Shown here: one piece after another, positions 12,426 through 24,400 of the stretch
Numbering within the stretch: the stretch's first letter is position 1
Layout: every line of letters starts with the position of its first letter
Origin: Schmidtea polychroa
Lineage: Eukaryota
Length of the DNA stretch: 64,000 nucleotides
Assembly: GCA_044892525.1 (NCBI GenBank)
Contig: CM097885.1
Location: 48,734,001-48,798,000, forward strand
Direction: 5' to 3'
Position numbers and translations under genes: made by a program
Notes under the pieces: generated by a model
The model's database searches: none
What the model was told of the DNA's origin: nothing
Seen by the model: the letters and a program-made list of their open reading frames with translations, nothing else

Positions 12426-15400
12426 ATGTTGTATTCTGAAAATAATGTAAATATACTTTCAAGTGAAGAATATCAATCTCCCAAGAATGCGGTTGTGTAT
12501 TTAAATCCTAAGTTATCAGTTAATAGAGAATTGGTATTCGAAGTTCTAAATGCCTTTTGCAGTTCATCTGAAAATCCTGTTGAATGTTTAGATGCTTTTT
12601 CTGCATCTGGTTTGTGTGCACTGCAGTGGAAAAAAAATTTACCGTTCAAAACAGTCGTCACTGCCGTTGATATGAAAGACGATAGTATTGAAAGAATCAG
12701 ATTAAATTGCAAAATAAATGATATTGGCGTAATTAATAATACAATTTCAAATTTAAAAGATGATATTCCTGAATATATTAATTCCATAACAGTAATAAAG
12801 TCTAATGTTAATGTCGTTATGCATTTGAAATCATTTGATTTCATGTAAGATTTTTAATATTTATAATTAATTATATTTGGTAATTATTTAGTCACATGGA
12901 TCCATTCGGTAGTACATCTCCATTTTTAGATTCTGCATTTAAAAATATTCATAACAACGGTATTCTTGTTTTAACCTCAACTGATATCGCGTCATTATTA
13001 ACAAGAAATCCCAATACTGTTTTGCGAAATTATGGTGCTAAGGTATTGAAAACTGAATATGTTAAAGAATTGGCCATTCGAACGGTTATTGTTGGAGCAG
13101 CTCGGTAAACAATATATTAGAAATGAAAATTTTTACTATAAAATTAGATCTGCCGCAAAATGCAATAAAGGTTTCAAGGTTATTTTATCTGTCACAGATA
13201 GAAATTACGTTTTTATAGCACTGGAGGTGAAATTTTTATTGTCATATATTTTTTATGAATATTAGGTTCCTAATTTAATTTACATTTACATTGGAATTAA
13301 TTACGAATATGAAATGTTTAAAAAAATATTTAGATTTCATATAATATGTTCAGTAAAGCTTTTCGATAAATAATTATTGTACTGGGTTAGGGAGCTTTGA
13401 AATTACTTTTAAAAGGTGTGATTTGATATTCTAATCTGTCGATTAAATACCACTTTCCAAATGATGTGGCTATTGATGTGAGTTGTAACATTCCTTTTAG
13501 AAACACATTTTTAATCATTAGATTTATTTTTTAATAGAAATCACCATAAAATAATCTTTTGAAACTTAGAATATTTTGCATCCTTCCATTTGTTTAAGTA
13601 TACCCCTCAGTTCTCATTTTGGGTGTCAGTACTTATTCTTATTGAAGCGCGATATTTGTGTTATATTTATATATAAATATACACAGACAAATCTTGTATT
13701 TGGGATTTATTTCGAGGCTCTTCCTTCAATTTGTTCATATGTGGCTCACCCCTCCCCATTCAGTTCTCATTGGCGGACTGAGTACTCATCCTATTTGTAA
13801 TGACATTTGTGTTATTTTATTATGACTATTCATAGAATATACTAATAATGTAACCTAAAATATAAATGATTTCATATCCTTTGTGTATGGCTACCCCCCC
13901 CCCCCCTTCTGTTCTCATTCGGTGGACTGAGTATTTATCCGTATTATAATGGGAGTTTTGTTATTTTAATATAAATATACGTAGTCAAATCTTGTATTTG
14001 GATTTATTTTGTGTCTTTTCCTACCATTTGTTTGTGTGTGCCTTACTCCCCCCTTCTGTTCTCATTTGGTGGACTGAGTACTTATCCGTATTATAATGGG
14101 AGTTTTGTTATTTTAATATAAATATACGCAGTCAAATCTTGTATTTGGGATTTATTTCGGGGCTTTTCCTTCAATTTGTTCATATGTGGCTCACCCCTCC
14201 CCATTCAGTTCTCATTGGCGGACTGAGTACTCATCCTAATCATAATGAAATTTGTGTTATTTTAATATGAATATTAATAGAAATTATTAATAATGAAACC
14301 TAAAATATAAATGATTTCCTATCCTTTCCTACCATTGGTTTGTGTGTGCCTCACGCCTCCCACATAGTTCTCATTGGCGGACTGAGTACTCATCCGAATT
14401 GTAATGAAATTTGTGTATATAAATGACTTCATATATATTAATGATTTCGTATTACTCTCTGCTCTCCTTGCCTTAGCACACTCCTCCCATCTTCCAATTT
14501 TCATCGCGCGAGTTATCAGATAATTTCAATTAAATTTATTAACAATATAAACTTTTATATGATCTATACTGATAGAGAAATGTTTTGGAAATTGTGTAAT
14601 AACCTTAAACCCCGAGATTTTACTTGTCGGAAAAGAAAATATCATTTAATCGACTGTGACTTAAGAATCAACAGAGTAAATTATAGATTAAGGATATGAT
14701 TAAATAATATCGTTCAAAAACATGATCAAATAGACTGATCCTGCGGTAACCACATTCATTATCGAATACAAGTGTATCGATTTAGGCGTGTTAGAATCTT
14801 GTATTACCGAAATGAACCTGAAACCACAGATAAAATTAGTCCGTCATTCGGATTAGAGTCCACTATCTTTTTGATTTGTTTAATCTGGATTCGATGAACG
14901 ATAGCTGATTTCTTTATTCAATAATACTAAATCAATAAATTAAATGTTAACACAATTGATCGATTTAGAACCACAAATAAAAACTTATTTGACAGCAAGT
15001 AGTGTGATGTGGCCCCGCAAGGCATATAATAAGCCATCCCTACTCAAATGTATGTTGTGGCGATGAATAAGGGGTAATATTGCTTGGGTATAGGATCATT
15101 GGCTTGAGGATGAAGATTAATAAACTTTGAACGCATGTTTGCTAAAGCCACCAAACAATTTAACGATCCACAAAATAACCGAAATTATATTGAATCATCC
15201 AAACAATTAGCTTGTCAATGCTTGTGTTAGTCATGGTTTTTTCTTTGATCCAAGGCAGATAAGTAATTGATACTCTATAAACCGAGGAGCTAAAATAGCT
15301 ATTTTCTGTCATGATTAACAAAATGATTAATGACATAAATGGAATTTTCGGATGATTAATTATAAATGAGCTTTATTAAAGGCAGAATTATATCTTGAAA

Positions 15401-18400
15401 TTGCTCCAGCGATAACACATAAGCCTTTATGGACTAATAGATAAAATAACAATACGAAATGTTTTTGATCGAAACTAGAACAAATAACTTGAAGCAATTT
15501 AGGAAATGAAACTGCTAAGGAAGAATCGATTAAAATCTCCTTGTCCTGCAATAGATCTGATGTGTTCTCAACTGATGGATCATGGGATTTTTCCCGAGGC
15601 CTCGCGCTTTCATATTTCTAACAATTATTAGTTGCTAGTTCAATTTTTTAACACCTAATTCAACGTAAAAAAAGTTAATACGAAATAAGAATAAAAAATC
15701 TTATGTTTATGTATGTATATTATTGAATATATTGAAGAAATAAATATATCATTAAATAAATTGATAAAATTATGTTCATGTATCATTTCTTCCTTTTTGG
15801 GAAAGGGCCCCCATATAATATTTTCCCGAGGCCCCGCAGTAGGTAGTTAGTAGCCTACGGCAGCAATAGGGGGGGGGGGGGGGTAAAAAATGTTGCAAAC
15901 TTTTGATTGCATAACTTTTTCCGTAGACATTTTTGATTACATAATTGCTGCCGTAATGCCCAATGTTTTCTGGGATTTTAAATACAAATTTTTTTTTTCA
16001 ATAAACAAGCCAAGGATAAATATTATTTGGGTGGGTCTCCTTGGTCCTGAGAATTTCAATAGAAAAAGGTAGTCTTCAATAAAAAAGCATGGATTTTTCA
16101 CACTATAGTGAGGGGATCTTCTTGGTCATGAGAATTTCAATAGAAAAGGTGGTTTACATTAAAAACGCATAGTAAATTTTTAAAATAAAGTAAATGATGG
16201 GTCTAAAAAATTTAAGTAAATCAGGGTTCAGATTTTTTTTGAAATAAAGTAAATTATGGTCCAAATTTTAAAATTAAAGTAAATTAAGGTTCTAAAAATT
16301 AAATTACAGTAAATTATGGGTCAAAAAATTAAATTAAAGTAAATTTAGGTTCTAAAATATTAAATTAAAGTAAATAATTGTTCAAAATTTAAAATTAAAG
16401 TTAATTAAGGGCTCAACTAAGTAAATTATGGTTCAAATTTTTAAATTAAGTAAATAATGGTTCTAAAAAAAATTAAAATAAAGTAAATTAAGGTCCTAAA
16501 AAATTAAATTAAAGTAATGAATGGGCACAAATAACTAAATTAAGGTTCTAAAAAATTAAATTAAAGTTAAATAAGTAAATTAAAGTAATAATTTTTAAAT
16601 AAGTAAATTAAAGTAAATTAAAGTAAGATTTTAAATTTATTAACAAAATAATAGAAGGTGTTTGAGAATTGAAATTTTTTAATGAAATTTTTTATGAAAT
16701 AATTTTTTAAGTAATTTTAGATGGAAATTTTTTATGGAATAATTTTTAAGATAATTTTTAATGAAAATTTTAATGAAATATTTTTCAATGATAATTTTTA
16801 ATGGAAATTTTAATAGAATATTTTTTTTTTTTAATAATAATAATAATAATAATATTAGTAATAATATATCAACCAAATACTATACAACACATAAAAATTA
16901 ACTAAACAAATAAAAATAACTAGACACATAACAAAACATATAAACATTAACTAAACACATAAAAATGAACTAGACACATAACAAACATAAAAATTTACCA
17001 AACAAATAACAAATGTATAGATATAAACTTTTATTTAATAAAATTAGTCCTCATCGGACAAAATAACGTCATCGATATCGATGTCATCTTCTCCAAAATC
17101 TTCATTTAATTCTTGCTCATCTTCTCCAAAATCTTCATTAAATTCTTCCTCATCTTCTCCAACATTTTCATCAAATTCTTCTTCAACAATTTCTCCAATA
17201 TTTAATTCATTTAATCTTACATGCCCATATGCAAGACTAGTATTTTTCCCCACCCAAACCCTTTTGTCATCTTTGTTAGTAAGTGCTATTTTTGTGTTTT
17301 TAATTGTAAAAATTTGATGATTTTTGCTTGTTATTTTAGTCTGAGGAACCGAAAAAATCTGGTTAGTGTTATAACAATCCAGGTATGACTGATGTTTTAT
17401 GTCACTACCTTTCAATGTTACACCTTTAGCCTTTTTTGTTTCCTCATCACCCAACAAGCTATAACATTTTGGTCTAAGAAAAACCCATTCCTTATATTTA
17501 AGACCTTTATTCTCGTCTTTGAACTTTCCAATGACTGAATCAAGGTTCTTACTATATAAGGAATGACAACTATTGTAATTGGAAGTATCTAATAAATTAT
17601 CTCGAATCATTGCAGGTAAAAGAACCTCGAGTTTACAGTTAATGACTTCGAGGAAAAAAGAATCTGTATCACCTGCAACGATATTAATTTTACAATTAAA
17701 CTCATTGCGAAATGATTCCAGATCCTTATATTGCAATTCATACATTCTAAGTTTAGATAGATCAAGTACAGATTGACCAATGTAACTTGGTCTATCTAAA
17801 CATATAGAATCTGAATTCAATAATGCCGCGATTAAATTATCGTCTATTTTAATAGATTTTTTAAAAGTTGGCTTCGAAGAATATTTAACTAATTTATCGG
17901 CTGTTGTACAAAGACGAAGATTCATTCTTCTCTTTAAATTTTCAACTGTTTTGCCGTATAAACTGTTATTTAGCAATTTATAATAATTTTTATCTAAGTT
18001 ATTTATGCTTTTTGACCTTAATTCTGTATTTGTATCTATATATTTTTTAAAAATTGGAGATTGCTTAAATCTTACACCCCTATTTACACGTGTTACTTTA
18101 ACACCAAGTTCCAAATATAATTTTAATAATCTCCAATGAATAACATAATTAGATTTTGGAAGATGAGTTAATAATAATTTTTCAACCTTAGACCCAGCAG
18201 GTTTCATTTTTTCAGCAGCAACAGGGAAATCATCCAACTTATCATGAAGCTCAGAAGGAATTACAAGATCAACTTCAAGAGTGTATCCATAAGACAAAGA
18301 TTCAAGATTTAAATTCCTACATTCATCCATTATTTTATCAAATCCATCAAGAACCCAACTAAATTCGCCACAAGGTAATGATTGACTTAAAGCCCAACCA

Positions 18401-21400
18401 TAAAGATTATTAATATCTGTATATAGTAACTCGGTGTTCTCGTCGGTTTTTACGTAATGCTTATTCACAAAAGTAAGACCACCTCTTATTCCACCCTCAT
18501 AAAAGCTAAACATTTCGTTTTCAGTTATGAGTTCAATTGGTTCATTTAAAGACATTAATGCAGAAGACCAAGACATACCTGGAATTCCGAAATAATTCAA
18601 TGGTTCCAATCTATTGTGAGCAATGGATTTCAACCTAAACTGATGAAAGAAATCAGCCAAAAGAAAACAATCAAGTTTTAGGTAGATCATCATATAATCT
18701 AATAAAGTTCTGCAATTAGTTTCTACCCAAATCTCCTGAGCTTTTTCATACTCAAGCTCAGTGACACCTTCCCAGATTGGTGGTAATTCATACGTAGTTT
18801 GTAGAACATCTAAAGAAGTGGCGAAATTATAAGGGAAGATTCCTCTTTCAGAAACTATAGTACCAGAAAAAGCAGAATTAGTAAAAGGCAAAGAATTCAA
18901 AGTTTTGACTGCTTTAGCCAAAGAATCATTGACAAATTGATATGAATCAATGAATCTTAAGCTAATTTTGCCTAAATGAGCAATCAAAGAAATAAATTTT
19001 TCCGTAGTTATTGGGATGCACCCTAAATTCCAATTTTTAAATTTATTTAATCCATATTTAAGTATATGATGCATATCGTATCCCTTCAAGTTGTGAAATA
19101 CGATAGGCAAAATTTTATTTATTTTTCTATTTACGTTACATGTGCTACAAGCTGCACCCAAGTATTTGCCCGTAAAATGATCGTGATCTCTAACAGGATC
19201 CACGATAGATTTCAAACAAAGATAACAAACCGTTGAATTAATGAATTGTTGTTGCTCATTTTTAGTTAATTTAATCATTGGTTTCCTACCCATTTTATAA
19301 TAAAAAGGAAGAACCTTATTTAATGCTATATCCTCTATAGCACTTAAAAAACTCTCGACGCAATCTAAACCTATGAACTGCTGATAAGATTTAGATCCGT
19401 CAAAGTTATTTACTAGTAAAAGACCAGCAGATATTGGCATGTGTCGCTGAAAATGATCATTATCACAAGGTAAAATAGCCTCAAAATCGGCATAAACTAC
19501 GAAAAGAGGAGTTACTGTTTTCGACCAGTCAGTAAACTGTAAGAATTTATTTTGAGGGAAAGTATAAAGAGTTGTTCCTAATTGATTACGTTTGCATAAT
19601 ATTTCATGTTTTTCCAGTGCGTTTCTATTTTTAAAACCATTCAAACAACGATGACACCATAATGATTGTATGCGTGTAGGACAACTAGTGTTTATGTGGC
19701 AATTCAGTAACCTATTTAAATTGCTTATAGCAATGTAATGGAAATTGTTCCCTTTATTTAATAAAAGTAAATTAATTACTGTTCCATTTAAAACTTTGGA
19801 ACGATGTATAATGTCTAAATGGGGGTGTTTTAAAACGTAATTATCTATTAATTGTTTGTTATTGTCATAAGAAAAAATGTTAATTATTAAACCAGGATTT
19901 TTGGCCTCAAATTTTCTAATGTCTTTTAATTTCATTGGTAAATCTAATGGATTATATATTAAGTCTGATAAATTATAACTTGATGTCCTATTTCTAGCAT
20001 AACTATTAACCTCATCATATTTTAAAATAGCTAAAATGCTATATAAAAAACACGAATCATCGGTGTTTTTGATATTAATTAAACAATATTTATTTTTTAG
20101 ACAAGTAGGTAGTTCAATGAAACTCCTACCACTTAATCTACTTAACCTACTTATTTTTGTTATAGTGAAGTGAATTTCTGTTATTTTTTTTATAATCCAG
20201 CTACTTCCTAACTCTGTGATATTACTTATTTTTTCATTTAGTTCCCTAATACCTTCATCAAAAAATGATGCAGTTAAAGGTTTTGCGTAATTCGAAATAT
20301 TATTAACCTTTATTTCCCCATCTTTTTCAAATTCGATAGTTATTCCGAATTGAATTTTGACGGAGCCTAATTCGTTAATAATATCTCGTAATTTTATAAT
20401 TAATTGTTCTGGAAATATTATTTCCTTTATATTCAAGTTACTTGTATTTAAACTTAATATTTGATGGGTACCCCTTAGATCTTTTTGTATTATGGGAACA
20501 TTACCCCCTATTTGTATTATATTTAATCCATTCCAAGAATCAAAGGAATTGAATAATCCGACCTGGGATTCAACAAAAGACAATCCGTCCTGGGATTCAA
20601 CAAAAGACAATCCATCATTGGATTCAACAAAAGACAATCCAGCCTGGGATTCAACCTCTAATCCGACCTGGGATTCAAAAGAAGAAGTATCTAATTTAAT
20701 TTTTTTATTTGTATTATTTTTTTCTATAGTTGATGATCTTTTAAAAACACTATCTTTTTTAAAATTAAACCTATCTAAATGATGTTTATGTTTATTATAA
20801 AAAACGCTATATGTTACAGGGTCACTAGTCTTACATACGGGACATATAAAATATGTTTTATTATAATATTTTTTCGTGTAATAATTCTCCATTATAGAAT
20901 GGCAATTATTATCATGTTCTTTCGATGAACAATAATTTGGATAAAGTATACCTATAAAATAAAAATTTAATAAAAAAAATATATATATAATTTAAATGAA
21001 ATTTTTTAATAATTGTTTACGCAAAAATTTACAAATTTTATTTACTAAAAAATAAAAATTTACTAAATTAAAAATATTAACATTTAATTAAATAAAAAAT
21101 TATATTAAATTTCCTTTAAATTATATAAAAAAGTAATCAATACTTACATTGTAAATTTTCATTTCGATTTATTGACACATTGACATCATTTTTCTCTTTA
21201 TTCATATTACCTAAATTATTAATTAATTAAATCAATAAATTTAAAATTATGTTTACTTTTTCTTTTCAAATTTCCTTTAATCTTCGATTTTAAATTGTCT
21301 TCATTAATATTATCTAAATTAATTAATAAATTAATTAATAAATTAATTAATAAATAAATTAAAATTTACCAAATTCCTGAATTTTTTCTCGAACATTCAT

Positions 21401-24400
21401 AACGTTTTCTATTAAAGAATTCATTTTTAAAGGTTAATTATTTGTTAAATGTGAATAATGATTGATTATTGTTTATAGATTATTATTGTTTATAGATTAT
21501 TATTGTTTATAGGAACAAATTCTAACCAATCAAAATCAAGGAAGGGTAGGGAAAAATATATTACGTTGCGGTATTTTAAAATTAAAATTTATTTTAAAAA
21601 CACATTTTGACGTTAAAGTCGAGTTATGTAACAAAGACATAATAAACTTATTATTTACTACAAATATTTCACCTATCAAATACCTAACTAGAGATGATAT
21701 ATATTGATTGTTCATAAAAGCAAACTTAATCATAAATTTCTGTATATTATTTTGTAAATTATTTCTGTAAATTAAATTTTGTATATTATTTCTGTAAATT
21801 ATCAAGTAAATTTAAAGTTCTTGATAAGGTTAACTGGTTTCTTAAAAAAGTTCATCAATGTGTAAATATTCTTAGAAAATTATTGAAAAAAAATTATTTA
21901 GTCAAATGCATTACAAAGTCATCTAAAATTAAACCAATTACTTAATTATTAACATAACAGTCATTAAAAAAAATTAATTTTTATTTAAAATTTAACAAAT
22001 TATCAAGAAATTCAATTAAAATCATCATTAAAACTTTAAATTTTTTAATAAATCAATATGAAATTCTTAGAAATATGAAAAAAAAATATTATTACAAAGT
22101 TATATCCTATCACATGATTATTAACCTGACTGTCATTAAAAATAATTTTTATTTAAAAAAAAACCAATCAATTAAAATGCATCCAATTATCAAGAAATTA
22201 ATTAAATTTATCTTAGAACTAACTTAAAATTTTTAAATATTCATTCAATCCACATGAAATTCACGAAAATGATAAAAATTCACAAAAACCATCAACTCTA
22301 AAAAAAATAATTACTAATGAATACCTTAAACACCAAAATTTATCTAAATAATCTTTCAAATTAATTCATTAAAATTGAAGACAACACGCTCTATTTTGTC
22401 ATTACATTCAATTAAAATTAAATAAATCAAGATAAAAAATATTATTTTAAAATGGTAAAAATTTACACTGTAGTGTTAAATGAAAAGGTAATTATTCTTT
22501 AAATCTAATTAACTTAGTCATAATTTTCTTTAATTTAACCCTTTATTTACTTAATTTAGTCCTTGTTTACCGAATATAGAAGTTTAAAATATAGACCATT
22601 GATTACTTTAATTTAAAAATGTATCCCTTAATTTACATAATTTCCATCTAAAATTATTTCAAAAAATTTTTTCTAAAATTGTCATTGAAAAATATTTCAT
22701 AAAAGTTTTCATTTAAAATTTTCATTGAAAAATATTTCATAAAAATTTTTATTAAAAATTACCATTGAAAAATTATTCATAAAAATTTCCATCTAAAATT
22801 ACTTAAAAAATTATTTCATTAAAAATTTTCATTAAAAAATTTCAATTCTCAAACACCTTCTATTATTTTGTTAATAATTTTAAAATCTTACTTTAATTTG
22901 CTTATTACATTACTTATTTAAAAATTATTAATTTAATTTACTTATTTAAAATATTTGACCATTAATTACTTAATTTAAAAATTTGGACCTTAATTAACTT
23001 TAATTTAATTTTTTAGAACCTTAATTTACTTTAATTTTAAATTTTGACCCTTAATTAACTTTAAATCAAAATTTGGACCTTAATTTACTTTAATTGGAAA
23101 TTTTAGACCTTAATTTACTTAATTGAAATTTTAGACCTTAATTTACTTAATTGAAAATTTTAGACCTTAATTTACTTAATTGAAATTTTAGACCTTAATT
23201 TACTTAAGTTTAAAAATATATACCATAATTTACTTTAATTTTAAATTTTAGACCATAATTTACTTAATTGAAAATTTTAGACCTTAATTTACTTAATTGA
23301 AAATTTTAGACCTTAATTTACTTAATTGAAATTTTAGACCTTAATTTACTTAAGTTTAAAAATATATACCATAATTTACTTTAATTTTAAATTTTAGACC
23401 ATAATTTACTTAATTGAAAATTTTAGACCTTAATTTACTTAATTGAAATTTTAGACCTTAATTTGCTTATTTATCTTTAATTTACTTAAGTTTAAAAATA
23501 TATACCATAATTTACTTTAATTTAAAATTTTAGACCATAATTTACTTTAATTTAAAATTTTAGACCAAAATATACTTAATTGAAAATTTTAGACCATAAT
23601 TTCATCTAAAATTTTAGACCATAATTTACTTAATTGGAAATTTTAGACCTTAATTTGCTTATTTATCTTTAATTTACTTAAGTTTAAAAATATATACCAT
23701 AATTTACTTTAATTTAAAATTTTAGACCTTAATTTACTTAATTGAAAATTTTAGACCTTAATTTACTTAATTGAAAATTTTAGACCTTAATTTACTTAAT
23801 TGAAAATTTTAGACCATAATTTTAATGTAAAATTGTCATTGAAAAAATTTTCATTTCTCAGGCGCTGTTTATAGTAGGTAGATAGGAGCCCGCTGCAAAT
23901 GCAAGCCTCTTTTTTTTTTGCTGCAACATTTGATTGCGCAATTGTTGCAACTTGTTTTTTTTTTGTATTGAAAATTCTAGAAAAAAAAATAATACAATTG
24001 CGTAATAATACAAAAAAAAATACAACAAAAAAAAAAAAACTAGTTGCAACAATTGCGTAATCAAAAGTTGCAGCAAAAAAAAGTTGCAGCAGAACCCCCC
24101 CCACCCCCGGGGGGGGGGGTCATTGCTGCAGTGGGCCACTATCTACCTACTATAAACAGCGCCTGAGAAATGAAAATTTTTTCAATGACAATTTTACATT
24201 AAAATTATGGTCTAAAATTTTCAATTAAGTAAATTAAGGTCTAAAATTTTCAATTAAGTAAATTATGGTCTAAAATTTTAGATGAAATTATGGTCTAAAA
24301 TTTTCAATTAAGTATATTTTGGTCTAAAATTTTAAATTAAAGTAAATTATGGTCTAAAATTTTAAATTAAAGTAAATTATGGTATATATTTTTAAACTTA

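Noticed and set aside
13590..14420. CRISPR-like repeat-spacer array
   Set aside because: The intervening sequences are homologous to each other.
17081..20782. Short ORFs opposite pPolB (and mirrors 27223-30924)
   Set aside because: Antisense to pPolB; two of the three arise from its 27-bp and 33-bp coding repeats.
21536..21805. Second gene in the element (89/94-aa ORF, mirror 26199-26483)
   Set aside because: TTG start, low complexity, frameshift difference between arms, no recognisable motif.
23796..24139. 102-aa and 93-aa ORFs across the axis
   Set aside because: Translations of homopolymer and hairpin sequence.
23873..24151. Simple MITE inserted at the axis
   Set aside because: Flanks are inverted (GTTTAT/ATAAAC), not a direct target-site duplication.
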